Of a DNA stretch of 64,000 nt, positions 50,677 to 60,589 are shown piece after piece. Source of the DNA: an uncultured Candidatus Saccharibacteria bacterium (GTDB lineage: Bacteria > Patescibacteriota > UBA1384 > CAILIB01 > JAUSJZ01); NCBI GenBank assembly GCA_964421635.1, contig CAYQWZ010000001.1, forward strand, positions 7,267 through 71,266, given 5' to 3'. A model generated the notes under the pieces. That model searched no databases and was not told where the DNA came from. It was given only the letters and a program-made list of their open reading frames with translations. Position 1 is the first letter of the stretch. The number at the start of each line of letters is the position of its first letter. The translations under genes and the position numbers were made by a program.

Positions 50677-51569
50677 AACCAGTCGTATACACAGTTTTAA
50701 TTGCTTTTAATAATGAGCAAGATGTCTCAAGGGTTTTGCAATCCTTAAAGAAAGAAACGGGCTCGAAAGATTATGAACTCAAAGCCGCCATCGGTGATAA
50801 CAGCACCGACTCTGGCAAGAAGAAATTAATTGCCACTATTTGTAAGCAGTACACTTGGGTACAGTATATAGATTTAAAAGAGAATACTGGTTTTGCTCGT
50901 GGAAACAATTTGGTTGTAGCCAAAGTAGCCAATCATACTGACTATATATTTTTGTTAAACATTGATACTGAAATAAAGCGAGGTAGTATTATTAAGCTTC
51001 TCGAAGCTCAACGCGAAACTGATGCGGCCATAGTCGGACCATTAATTGTCTACGGCGACGATAGAAATATTAATTGGTATTCAGGCGGTTGCTGGTATCC
51101 GTGGCTGGCAGCCATTCGCATGGGTAGACGCAATCAACCAGTCAACCAGCTAGACAAACGTCGAGAAGTTACTTTTATTGTTGGAGCAGCTATGTTTATG
51201 CCCATTACTACTTACCAAACCCACCAACTTTTCTTTGAACCTTACTTTATGTATTACGAAGAGAGTGACTACTGTGCACACCTAATTATGAAAGGAGAAA
51301 AATTAGTGTACGAGCCTAGGGCAGTGGTTTATCATTACATTCCAAAAAGTACAGTCAAAAGTGCCAACAGCGTATATTATTTAGTCCGCAATCAGTGGCT
51401 CTTTTGGACCCGTACAAATCAAGGATTGCGCAAGGCTTTTAGCTTCATAATGGTCATAGCCCTTCAAAAGATACACTTTTTCCGCTATATATTAGATGCA
51501 GACATCAGAAGTGCTGTTTGGCAGGGAACTCTTGATGCTCTCAAAAAAAATTATGGCGAAAGAACTTAA
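50661..51569 (+). CDS. Family-2 glycosyltransferase
   Basis: VVYTVLIAFNNEQDVSRVLQSL..GFARGNN..DxD-like NIDTE. ATG 50661 chosen; the listed 50571 start lies inside mreB. Confidence 0.75.
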   Translation: MGQKIKPVVYTVLIAFNNEQDVSRVLQSLKKETGSKDYELKAAIGDNSTDSGKKKLIATICKQYTWVQYIDLKENTGFARGNNLVVAKVANHTDYIFLLNIDTEIKRGSIIKLLEAQRETDAAIVGPLIVYGDDRNINWYSGGCWYPWLAAIRMGRRNQPVNQLDKRREVTFIVGAAMFMPITTYQTHQLFFEPYFMYYEESDYCAHLIMKGEKLVYEPRAVVYHYIPKSTVKSANSVYYLVRNQWLFWTRTNQGLRKAFSFIMVIALQKIHFFRYILDADIRSAVWQGTLDALKKNYGERT

Positions 51570-53709
51570 ACAAATCTTTAAATATCCAATTTGGTGGTGG
51601 TTGACAATAGCTTTACTGATATTTATAACTGTCAGTCCTTTTTTAGTTACCGTTACTCAAATTAGATATCTGAGCATTATTCGTGAACTAATTGTCATTG
51701 CTTTGATATTTTTAGGATTAAAAGAAAGAAAACAAAAAGGCCTGCCATTTATTCAAGATGATATTGAGAGATTAATGTTTTGGCTCGTAATAATTGGTAT
51801 TCTATCTACCATATTTATTACACAAGATGCTGGCGCATTTCTATGGAGCGCTCGTTATAGTCTTTTACCCTTAGGAGTTTTTTGGTCACTTCATTCAATG
51901 CAACCCACAAAAGAGCAAATTACACATCTACTCACTATCTGGATCTTTTGGGCAGCTGCCATAGTTATCTGGGGATTAATTATAGTAGAAGTAATTCCTA
52001 AGGAAACTCTAATTGGATGGGGCTATAACCCCGAAGTTGCAGTCGGTGACGGCCAATGGCAAGCCGCAGCCACATTACCAGCTTGGCAAACAGTAGCCGG
52101 CTCTATTCCAAGATTACAATCAACTATGAGCGGTCCTATTCAATTCGCCGGATTTTCTTTACTTATTGTCTTTCTCACACCACTGCTTAAAAGAACAAGG
52201 TGTAAATATTGGTATCCTGTTATTATTCTATTGGGAATTATTGGTATTATTGGATCTTTCAGCAGAGCCGCTTGGTTCGCCCTATTAATTGTCTGCGCTT
52301 ATTTTATTTTTCAAAATCTAGGAAAATCCGGCTGGAAGAAAAGTGAAATAAGCGCCCTGTTCTTTACAATAATTTTTGTTATTAGCGCCCTTGGTGCAAT
52401 TGTTTTATTTCAACCAAACGCCGAACGATCAAGACAGCTAATAGCGAATATTTTTAATCGCAGCGTTTCTGACCGTCAGCATGTAAATTCCATCTCTCAA
52501 AGTGTTGACGATTTTAGTGACATCGGCATTTTTGGTTTAGGATTCGGCCGCAGTGGAGCAGCTTCAATTCAAAACAACAATTTTAATCCAGATGCACCAG
52601 AGCCTCGCTTCGTTGATAACTCATATTTAAGATGGTATGAAGAGCTTGGCTTTTTAGGAGCAATTATATTTATCAATATTTTAATCCTTCTTAGCCAAGA
52701 GTTGTATAGACAATCAGCCCAATCTAGACGCCTAGCCTACGCCCTAGGAGCAATTTCTATTACGGCTATTTTCACAGACATGTGGCTTGAAGCTGTGCCG
52801 GTTATCACTATATTTGCAATCGCTGGGCTAATTCATAAAAGTGTTGAACCGAAAGAACAAAAAAACAATATCAAACTGGCCAAATATAATCTTACACCTC
52901 TCACATTCAGCAACTTTATAAACAAAATTTTTCAATTATCTAAGAATAAAAAAGCCAATCATGTTATTACTCTAAACCCAGAAATGATGGTGGAGTCTTA
53001 TAAAAATAAGAATCTACGCGAAACAATGACAAACGCTGACTATATTACGGCTGATGGCGTAGGTATTTTAGCAGCTGCATCGTATCAGCATTACAATAAA
53101 TACAAATCAAAGTTCACTTACTGGCTGTTCTCTCCATTTATCTGGCTTTATACTGCATATCAATTACTGTTTACTCCTGACAAACTTAATCCTCATTTAT
53201 TCCGTATTACTGGTTCAGACTTAGTAAATTCAATTCTAGAGAGAGGCAACGAAGAAAATATTCGGCTAGCTATTTTAGGCAGTACAGACCAAGTTATCAA
53301 AGAAGCTAAAAGTCGAATTGAGAGAAATTATCCAAATATTCGTTTAGTATTTGCCGATAACGGTCCAAAGACTGTGCAATCAGATGGATCAATTGCAGAA
53401 CACGAGATGAGAAGGCTTGCCTCAGTAATTCAGCATTGTCAGCCAAACATATTACTACTAGCATTTGGCGTGCCAAAACAAGAGCTATTTATTAATCGTT
53501 ATAAAAACATCCTTAAGGTCCCCGTAATGATTGGGGTAAGTGGAGCTTTTGATATGGTACTGGCAAATAGAATAAAAAGAGCACCAAAAATATTTCGTAT
53601 CATGCAGTTGGAATGGCTTTGGAGATTAATCAAACAACCGAGCCGAATAAAAAGAATATATACTGCTGTAATTAAATTTCCACTTTTGCACACAAAAGAT
53701 AGCGTTTAG
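51553..53709 (+). CDS. Fusion protein: O-antigen ligase/Wzy-like polytopic domain + C-terminal WecB/TagA/CpsF-family glycosyltransferase
   Basis: N-terminal ~450 aa with >10 TM helices and a GSFSRAAWFALL O-antigen-ligase-type loop. C-terminal ~250 aa has HVITLNPEM..ADGVGI..LLAFGVPKQE WecB/TagA motifs. Confidence 0.7.
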   Translation: MAKELKQIFKYPIWWWLTIALLIFITVSPFLVTVTQIRYLSIIRELIVIALIFLGLKERKQKGLPFIQDDIERLMFWLVIIGILSTIFITQDAGAFLWSARYSLLPLGVFWSLHSMQPTKEQITHLLTIWIFWAAAIVIWGLIIVEVIPKETLIGWGYNPEVAVGDGQWQAAATLPAWQTVAGSIPRLQSTMSGPIQFAGFSLLIVFLTPLLKRTRCKYWYPVIILLGIIGIIGSFSRAAWFALLIVCAYFIFQNLGKSGWKKSEISALFFTIIFVISALGAIVLFQPNAERSRQLIANIFNRSVSDRQHVNSISQSVDDFSDIGIFGLGFGRSGAASIQNNNFNPDAPEPRFVDNSYLRWYEELGFLGAIIFINILILLSQELYRQSAQSRRLAYALGAISITAIFTDMWLEAVPVITIFAIAGLIHKSVEPKEQKNNIKLAKYNLTPLTFSNFINKIFQLSKNKKANHVITLNPEMMVESYKNKNLRETMTNADYITADGVGILAAASYQHYNKYKSKFTYWLFSPFIWLYTAYQLLFTPDKLNPHLFRITGSDLVNSILERGNEENIRLAILGSTDQVIKEAKSRIERNYPNIRLVFADNGPKTVQSDGSIAEHEMRRLASVIQHCQPNILLLAFGVPKQELFINRYKNILKVPVMIGVSGAFDMVLANRIKRAPKIFRIMQLEWLWRLIKQPSRIKRIYTAVIKFPLLHTKDSV

Positions 53710-53711
53710 TA

Positions 53712-53740
53712 TTGACTTATCAACAGGTTTGAGCTAATGT
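53712..53740 (+). promoter_or_regulatory. Promoter-like TTGACT-17-TAATGT upstream of nusA
   Basis: TTGACT 53712-53717, 17-nt spacer, TAATGT 53735-53740. Confidence 0.4.
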
Positions 53741-53746
53741 AATATC

Positions 53747-53772
53747 ACACGCAATAGATTGCGTGTATTTTT
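53747..53772 (+). terminator. Terminator-like hairpin (ACACGCAAT-ag-ATTGCGTGT + ATTTTT) in nusA leader / after upstream gene
   Basis: Perfect 9-bp stem, 2-nt loop, T-run; 20 nt before the nusA ATG. Confidence 0.55.
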
Positions 53773-53792
53773 ATAGAAATTAACTAAATATC

Positions 53793-54902
53793 ATGTCTGT
53801 ATCACCATTTTTAGCCGCCGTCAACCAGATTGTTGACGAAAAGGGCATCTCTAAAGAACAAGTTATTGAAACAATTGAAGCTGCAATTGCTGCTGCTTAT
53901 CGCCGAGATTACGGTGATCCAGATTGGGCAGTTGTCGCTGAATTTAATCTTGAAACAGCAAAATTTAAAGTCTATCGAGTTTTTGATGTACTAGAAAAAG
54001 AAGAAGAAATTGAGGAGCCTGAAAGAGAACTTACCCTCAAGGAAGCTAAAAGATTAGATAAGAAAGCCACAGTTGGCAAACAAATTAAACAGAAATTAGA
54101 ACAGAAAGAAGATTTTGGGCGCATTGCTGCTCAGACTGCCAAGCAGGTTATTATTCAAAGATTAAGAGAGGCTGAAAGAGATGTACTTTTCAACGAATTT
54201 AAAGAGAACGAACACAAATTACTTAATGGTACCGTTCAGCAGATTGAAGGTAAGAATGTAATAATTAATCTTGGCCGAATTAATGGAGTGCTCATTCCTA
54301 AAGAACAGGTACCTGGCGAAGACTACCATGTTGGTAAACGCCTTAAGGTTTTTGTGAAGGAAGTTGCAGACACTGGTCGTGGAATGCAAGTAATTGTATC
54401 TCGTTCAGATCAAAGATTAATCGAAGAACTATTCTATAAAGAAGTGCCTGAGATCGCTGAGGGTGCAGTCGAAATTAGAGCTATAGCTCGTGAAGCTGGT
54501 AGCCGTACTAAAATCGCCATCTTTACTGATGTGAAAGGTTTAGACCCGGTTGGCTCTTGTGTCGGCCAAAAAGGTACTAGAGTACACGCCATTAGAGCTG
54601 AAATAGGAGACGAGATGATTGATATTACTATTTGGGATGAAGACATCGACCAATTTATTATTAATGCTTTATCACCAGCCTCTATTAATAAAGTAAAAAG
54701 AGATGAAAAAGAAAGTCATGCCACTGTGTATGTAGATGAAGATCAGCTTTCGCTAGCTATTGGTCGTAGTGGTCAAAATGTTCGTTTAGCATCTAAACTC
54801 ACTGGCTATACTATTGATGTTGAGCGAAGTGATGGAAAATCTAGAGAAAAAGTTGAAGATAAAACCAAGACAGAAGACAAAGCTCCTAAAAAAGATAAAT
54901 AA
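53793..54902 (+). CDS. nusA: Transcription termination/antitermination factor NusA (short form, no AR1/AR2)
   Basis: N-terminal domain, S1 domain (GTVQQIEGKNVIINLG), tandem KH (GSRTKIAIFT..GSCVGQKGTRV; AIGRSGQNVRLAS). Confidence 0.92.
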   Translation: MSVSPFLAAVNQIVDEKGISKEQVIETIEAAIAAAYRRDYGDPDWAVVAEFNLETAKFKVYRVFDVLEKEEEIEEPERELTLKEAKRLDKKATVGKQIKQKLEQKEDFGRIAAQTAKQVIIQRLREAERDVLFNEFKENEHKLLNGTVQQIEGKNVIINLGRINGVLIPKEQVPGEDYHVGKRLKVFVKEVADTGRGMQVIVSRSDQRLIEELFYKEVPEIAEGAVEIRAIAREAGSRTKIAIFTDVKGLDPVGSCVGQKGTRVHAIRAEIGDEMIDITIWDEDIDQFIINALSPASINKVKRDEKESHATVYVDEDQLSLAIGRSGQNVRLASKLTGYTIDVERSDGKSREKVEDKTKTEDKAPKKDK

Positions 54903-57286
54903 TGGGTCTTCTAGCTGATCTTCTAAGCGACTCAACACAGGCTATATTATTTAAAGCCCAAGATTATGCTGACAGTAGAAAGGAGACTCTCAATACTGCT
55001 CATGTAATCAAGGCTATGTTTGATATTAAAGGAACAACCGCCTTTGATCTTTTGAGATCAACTGGTCTCAAAACGGTTTCTCTTATTAAATACGCTAAAA
55101 ATAATGAGGGTAGAAATGAGATCTCTGAATTAGTAGAAAGGTCTGCTAAAATAGCTCGCAATTACGAATTTAGCTTTGTGGAGCCAGAACACCTTCTTTT
55201 TGTAATTTTAAAGAATGATCATTTTCTTGGTTATAAAATTATTCATTCGAATCAGATTGATATTAATCATCTTATCGGCAGAATCTCTGAATGGCTGTAT
55301 GGCATCTCAATTTTGAGGTCTATCACAAATAAACCAAATCATGAAGTTGGAGTTAGTGAGAAACAGGCTGTGGTGCCAAATGACATACCGATACCTAAAG
55401 CTACTCTCGATAGCTTCGCCATCAATCTTAGTCAAAAAGCAAAAGAAGGATTACTTGACCCAGTCGTTGATCGAAATGATGAACTGCAAAATATCATCAA
55501 TACTCTCTTAAGACGAAACAAGAATAATGTCTTACTAATAGGAGATCCTGGTATTGGGAAAACTGCTTTAGCACACGGTTTAGCCACCGCTATTATGAAG
55601 GGCAATGTGCCAGTCAATCTTAAGCATAAACTTATTTACGAACTTTCTGTATCAAGTTTGGTAGCAGGCACAATGTACCGTGGACAGTTTGAAGAAAGAG
55701 TAAAAGATTTATTAGATGATATTAAAAATAGAGGAAATGTAATTTTATTCATAGATGAAATCCACACTCTAAATGGCACCGGCAGTACAGAAGGTACTCT
55801 CGACCTAGCCAATATTTTAAAACCAGCTCTAACTCGAGGTGAGGTTTCTATTATTGGTGCTACAACTTACGAAGAGTATAATAAATATTTTGCTCAAGAC
55901 AAAGCGCTCGAGCGCCGTTTCCAAAACATTGTGTTATCTGAACCCAACGATCAATCTACCTTTCAAATGGTAAAAAGTTTGGCTAAAAATTTTGAATCTC
56001 ATCATCGTACAAAAATTTTAACTGATTCTATTAAGAGAGCTATAGAATTGTCAAATAAATATATGCCGAACAGATTTCAACCAGACAAAACTATAGATTT
56101 AATTGATGAAGCTTGCTCAAACATTCAGACAAAAATAAAAATATCAGCTGAAGAGAAAGATTTACAAAAAAAGCTAACTAAAGTAATAGATAAAAAAATA
56201 AAGCTAATCAATAAAGGTCAATTAGAGCTTGCCTTAAGAATTAAAGATCAAGAAGTAAAATTAATCAAACAATTATCACAGCTACAAAAAAAGAAGGGGA
56301 CTACACTTTCTGTTAAAGATATCGAAAACATTGTATCTTTAAAAACTAATATTCCTTTGTCTGTTATTCAACAGGACTTGGTTGGCAAAGAAGCGCTTGA
56401 AAACAATCTAAAGAAAAAAATATTTGGTCAAGACAAGGCTATTAATATTGTGTCGAGAGCTATTGCTAGAGCAAATTTAGGATTTAAAAAAAATCAACGC
56501 CCCGTAGCATCCTTCTTGTTCGTCGGCCCAACTGGGGTTGGAAAATCTGAACTGGCTAAGATACTAGCGCAAACCGCTTATGCTCACACCGATTCTCTCA
56601 TTAAACTTGATATGAGTGAATACTCGCAAAAACATACTGTTAGCCAACTTATTGGTTCTCCAAAAGGATATATAGGATACGAAGAAGGCGGTTCCCTAAC
56701 TTCACAAATTAGAAAACAGCCCTACAGCGTAGTCTTATTTGACGAAATAGAGAAAGCACATCCTGAAGTTTTCAATATCTTATTGCAGGTTCTTGAAGAC
56801 GGCGTTTTGACAGACAATCATAATCAAAAATCGTACTTTAATCACGCTATTATTATTCTGACTTCAAATTTAGGCAGTGAAAAATTTAATCAAAACAATT
56901 TAGGATTTGTAGCAAAGAATGGCAAATTTAATTTAGAAATTAAAAATATTGTTAAAGATTTTATAAAGCCAGAATTACTTTCTAGATTATCTGACATCAT
57001 TTATTTTAATCCTTTAAGCAAATCTGCTATCAACAAGATCACTCGCCAAAGATTGGCTGAAACGAAAAACAATTTAAGAAAAAGGGGAGTGCGAATTAAA
57101 ATTTCTGGCAAAGTTACTACTTGGTTAAATAAATTTTACAATCCTCAAAAAGGAGCTCGCTCAATTGATGAGATAGTAACTACAAAATTTGAAGATAATC
57201 TAGTTGAAACACTTTTTAATAGCAAGGATGCGAAAAATCTTGAAGCAAATATTGATAAAGAAGAATTAAAAATTTCTAGACTTTGA
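54902..57286 (+). CDS. Clp/Hsp100 AAA+ ATPase, ClpC-like (two nucleotide-binding domains, short middle region)
   Basis: Clp_N repeats; Walker A GDPGIGKT and GPTGVGKSELAK; 794 aa. Confidence 0.85.
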   Translation: MGLLADLLSDSTQAILFKAQDYADSRKETLNTAHVIKAMFDIKGTTAFDLLRSTGLKTVSLIKYAKNNEGRNEISELVERSAKIARNYEFSFVEPEHLLFVILKNDHFLGYKIIHSNQIDINHLIGRISEWLYGISILRSITNKPNHEVGVSEKQAVVPNDIPIPKATLDSFAINLSQKAKEGLLDPVVDRNDELQNIINTLLRRNKNNVLLIGDPGIGKTALAHGLATAIMKGNVPVNLKHKLIYELSVSSLVAGTMYRGQFEERVKDLLDDIKNRGNVILFIDEIHTLNGTGSTEGTLDLANILKPALTRGEVSIIGATTYEEYNKYFAQDKALERRFQNIVLSEPNDQSTFQMVKSLAKNFESHHRTKILTDSIKRAIELSNKYMPNRFQPDKTIDLIDEACSNIQTKIKISAEEKDLQKKLTKVIDKKIKLINKGQLELALRIKDQEVKLIKQLSQLQKKKGTTLSVKDIENIVSLKTNIPLSVIQQDLVGKEALENNLKKKIFGQDKAINIVSRAIARANLGFKKNQRPVASFLFVGPTGVGKSELAKILAQTAYAHTDSLIKLDMSEYSQKHTVSQLIGSPKGYIGYEEGGSLTSQIRKQPYSVVLFDEIEKAHPEVFNILLQVLEDGVLTDNHNQKSYFNHAIIILTSNLGSEKFNQNNLGFVAKNGKFNLEIKNIVKDFIKPELLSRLSDIIYFNPLSKSAINKITRQRLAETKNNLRKRGVRIKISGKVTTWLNKFYNPQKGARSIDEIVTTKFEDNLVETLFNSKDAKNLEANIDKEELKISRL

Positions 57287-57340
57287 CACAAAGGCAGGGC
57301 TGTGATAGCGTTTTGATTAGCGAAATAATAATTGTGCCGT

Positions 57341-58657
57341 ATGTCAAAAAGAGAAGAAATTAGAACTATAAGAGGTGTAAAAGATATCCTTCCTAAAGAT
57401 CAATTAAAGTGGCGATATGCTATTGATCAGTTCGAAAATTTGGCCGACCTATTTGGCTTTAATAAAATAAATGTTCCGGCAATTGAGTACGCGGAGCTGT
57501 TCGATCGTTCAATTGGCTCCGAAACTGATATTGTCAGTAAAGAACTTTTTTTAGTTAGCCAAAAAAGTGGTAAGAACGACCGTTTAATGGCGCTGCGACC
57601 TGAATTTACCGCTGGCATAGTTCGAGCCTATAATGAAAATGGTTTAAAGCAACTTCCTCAACCTTTGCGCTTATTTACTCACGGATCTGTATTCCGTTAT
57701 GATCGACCGCAAAAAGGTCGTTACCGCGAACATAACCAGCTTGACTTGGAAATTATTGGTACCAATTCTGCTGCCGATGACGCTTGGGTGATTTACTTAG
57801 GCTGGACTCTTCTAAAAAAACTGGGCGTAAAAAATGCAGTAGTGCAAATCAACTCTCTAGGCTCAAAAGAAAATCAGAAAGAATACATTAAGCAATTACA
57901 GAAATATTTTGCTCCACACAAAGACAAGCTAAATGAAACAGACAAACGAAGACTTGAGATGAATCCTATGAGAGTTATGGATAGTAAAGATGAGAGTATA
58001 AAGAAACTAATTGATGATGCTCCACAAACTATCGATTTTCTAGATAAAGAGACAAAAGAATTTTTCTTTAATTTATTATCTTACCTTGACGATTACCAAG
58101 TCACTTATAATCTTAATCCGCAAATAGTCCGCGGACTTGATTACTACACTCACACCGCTTTTGAATTCACCGTCGAAAATAGTAAAGGTCAACAAGGGTC
58201 AATAGGTGGGGGTGGGCGTTATGATGGATTATCAGAATTAATTGGAGGCACTAAAGCTCCAGGGGTTGGGCTGGGAATTGGATTAGAAAGGTTAATGCAG
58301 GTAATGAAAGATCATCCACCCAAGAAATATCAAATGAAAGGTCAGACAGATATATTTATTGTTCACCTTAGCAACAGAGGCAGAAAAAGAGCTCAAGAAA
58401 TTTTAGAACAGCTACATAATGCTAATTTTACAACGCTTCATGCACCAGACAGACCAAGCCTACGCGCCCAATTAAAGAAAGCGGATAAAATTGGTGCCAA
58501 ATACAGCGTCATTATTGGCGAGACTGAAGCTAAAAGTAATAACTGTATTTTGAGAGATATGAAGTCTGGCATTCAGGAAGACATTCAGTACAGCGATTTA
58601 CTTGACACTCTAACCGATAGATTACGCAACGGCAGATCTGCCAAGCCGCTTAAATAA
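57341..58657 (+). CDS. hisS: Histidine--tRNA ligase
   Basis: Class II motifs (FRYDRPQKGRYREHNQLD, GGGRYDGL) and C-terminal anticodon-binding domain; ATG 57341. Confidence 0.9.
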   Translation: MSKREEIRTIRGVKDILPKDQLKWRYAIDQFENLADLFGFNKINVPAIEYAELFDRSIGSETDIVSKELFLVSQKSGKNDRLMALRPEFTAGIVRAYNENGLKQLPQPLRLFTHGSVFRYDRPQKGRYREHNQLDLEIIGTNSAADDAWVIYLGWTLLKKLGVKNAVVQINSLGSKENQKEYIKQLQKYFAPHKDKLNETDKRRLEMNPMRVMDSKDESIKKLIDDAPQTIDFLDKETKEFFFNLLSYLDDYQVTYNLNPQIVRGLDYYTHTAFEFTVENSKGQQGSIGGGGRYDGLSELIGGTKAPGVGLGIGLERLMQVMKDHPPKKYQMKGQTDIFIVHLSNRGRKRAQEILEQLHNANFTTLHAPDRPSLRAQLKKADKIGAKYSVIIGETEAKSNNCILRDMKSGIQEDIQYSDLLDTLTDRLRNGRSAKPLK

Positions 58658-59103
58658 TGTTACAGGTAGCCCTGCTCGATATTAGATCTTGCGCTAATGT
58701 TGGTAATATTTTACGAACTGCCAAAGCTTTTGAATTTAGTCAAATCCATTTAATTGGCACCACACCAAGCCATAATAGAAAAGAGGTACAAAAAGTGGCC
58801 CTTGGCGGCGAGATTAATAAATTTTACTATTATAAAACTTGGTCAGAATTTATAGTTAAAAATTCTAATTCAAATATTATTGCTATCGAAACAGGTGGTC
58901 AAAAACTTTATAGCTATAAACCTAAAAAAGAGAATATAATCTTAGTTCTCGGTACTGAGCGAGCAGGATTATCAGAAGCAGAACTTAAAGATTGCACCAC
59001 GGTACTATCTGTTAATCACGCCATGAAGAAAATAAAAAGCTTAAACGTTGCTTCAGCTTTTGCCATTGCCAGTTCTTATTTTTATAATCATTTATCAGAC
59101 TAG
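58657..59103 (+). CDS. SpoU/TrmH-family RNA 2'-O-methyltransferase (TrmL-like, short)
   Basis: SPOUT knot motifs NVGNILRTA, VLGTERAGL, SLNVASAFAIA. Confidence 0.75.
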   Translation: MLQVALLDIRSCANVGNILRTAKAFEFSQIHLIGTTPSHNRKEVQKVALGGEINKFYYYKTWSEFIVKNSNSNIIAIETGGQKLYSYKPKKENIILVLGTERAGLSEAELKDCTTVLSVNHAMKKIKSLNVASAFAIASSYFYNHLSD

Positions 59104-59124
59104 TTTAGTGATAAGATTGACTTA

Positions 59125-60474
59125 ATGAAGATAACATTCTGCGGGGCCGCTCGGGAAGTTACAGGATCTTGCTATTACCTTGAGACATCGAAGGCTAGGT
59201 TTTTGGTAGACTGCGGCTTGTTTCAAGGTGGTATGGTAGCTGATGAAAAAAATTTGTCTGACTTTCCGTTCAAACCAAAAGATATTGATTTTGTTTTATT
59301 AACCCACGCTCATCTTGATCACACGGGCAGACTGCCTTTGTTATACAAAAGAGGATTTAGAGGAAAAATTTACACTACCTACCCAACTATCGATTTAACA
59401 AGGATTGTATTGGAAGATTCTGTACATTTAATTGGTGATGAAGCTGAGAGAGAAGGATGCGAGCCTTTGTATGGAATTACGGATGTAATTGGTATTGAAA
59501 AATCTTTCCTCGGTACTGACTATCATCGACCAAAGACTATAAAGGGTGTGAACTTTGAATTTTTTGATGCTGGCCATATTTTAGGTTCTGCACAAATTAA
59601 AATACATGTTGATAATAGATCTATCGTTTTTTCTGGAGATTTGGGCAATCCTCCTGTGCCATTACTCAAAACAACTGAGTTTATTGAGCAGGCTGACTAT
59701 GTAGTAATGGAATCAACCTACGGCAATCGTCGTCACGAAGATTATCATTTAAGAAAAAGCCGCCTCATTTCGGCTATCAAAAAAAGTGTCGCTAAAGATG
59801 GCACCTTACTAATTCCAGCTTTTGCTATTGAGCGCACCCAAGAAGTACTGAGCCTAATTAATGAGGTAGTTGAAAAAGGAGGATTGCCGCATTTTCCAAT
59901 GTTTTTAGATAGTCCAATGGCTATTGAGGCAACAGAGGTCTTTCGACATTACCCAAGTTTTTATAATAAGGATGCACTGAAAGAGCTTACAGTAGACGAT
60001 GATTTATTTACTTTCCCAGGACTTAAAATGACTTTTTCCACAGACCAATCAAAAAAAATTAATAAAGTTGGCCCACCAAAAGTTATTCTTGCTGGTAGCG
60101 GCATGATGCACGGCGGAAGGATTATTCACCACCTTAGGCACAATATTGAAAATCCTAATACGACTATTTTAATCATTGGTTTTGTAGTGGAAAACTCTCT
60201 TGGCAGAAGGTTGTTAGAAGGGGAAAGGAAAATTAAAATTTTCGGTCAACCATATAATGTTAAAGCTAATGTTGAAGCCATTGGTGCTTTCTCCTCACAC
60301 GCCGACCAACCAAAACTATTAGAATGGTTAGACCATTTCACGCATAAACCTCAAAAAGTGTTCATAACTCATGGTGAAGTTAATTCTGCTTTAGATCTTT
60401 CTGAATCTATAAAAACTACAATGGGGCTTGTTGCCGAAGCGCCCGAACTATTTTCTAGCTCTGATTTGACTTAA
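59125..60474 (+). CDS. Metallo-beta-lactamase/beta-CASP RNA-metabolising nuclease (RNase J / CPSF-like)
   Basis: HAHLDHTGRLP (HxHxDH), downstream His/Asp of MBL fold, beta-CASP insert, C-terminal HGE motif. Confidence 0.75.
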   Translation: MKITFCGAAREVTGSCYYLETSKARFLVDCGLFQGGMVADEKNLSDFPFKPKDIDFVLLTHAHLDHTGRLPLLYKRGFRGKIYTTYPTIDLTRIVLEDSVHLIGDEAEREGCEPLYGITDVIGIEKSFLGTDYHRPKTIKGVNFEFFDAGHILGSAQIKIHVDNRSIVFSGDLGNPPVPLLKTTEFIEQADYVVMESTYGNRRHEDYHLRKSRLISAIKKSVAKDGTLLIPAFAIERTQEVLSLINEVVEKGGLPHFPMFLDSPMAIEATEVFRHYPSFYNKDALKELTVDDDLFTFPGLKMTFSTDQSKKINKVGPPKVILAGSGMMHGGRIIHHLRHNIENPNTTILIIGFVVENSLGRRLLEGERKIKIFGQPYNVKANVEAIGAFSSHADQPKLLEWLDHFTHKPQKVFITHGEVNSALDLSESIKTTMGLVAEAPELFSSSDLT

Positions 60475-60553
60475 TATTTCACCAAATTATTTTGGTATTT
60501 TAGCTTGCAGAGCTTTTCAAGATATATCACAATATTGAATATTATTATTTAAT

Positions 60554-60586
60554 TTGACACTTTCGGTTTTTGTTCGGTATTATAGA
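60554..60586 (+). promoter_or_regulatory. lexA promoter (TTGACA-18-TATTAT) containing direct repeat TTCGGT-N5-TTCGGT; possible leaderless start
   Basis: TTGACA 60554-60559, TATTAT 60578-60583. TTCGGT occurs at 60562-60567 and 60573-60578 between the boxes. The lexA ATG 60590 is 7 nt after -10. Confidence 0.4.
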
Positions 60587-60589
60587 GAT

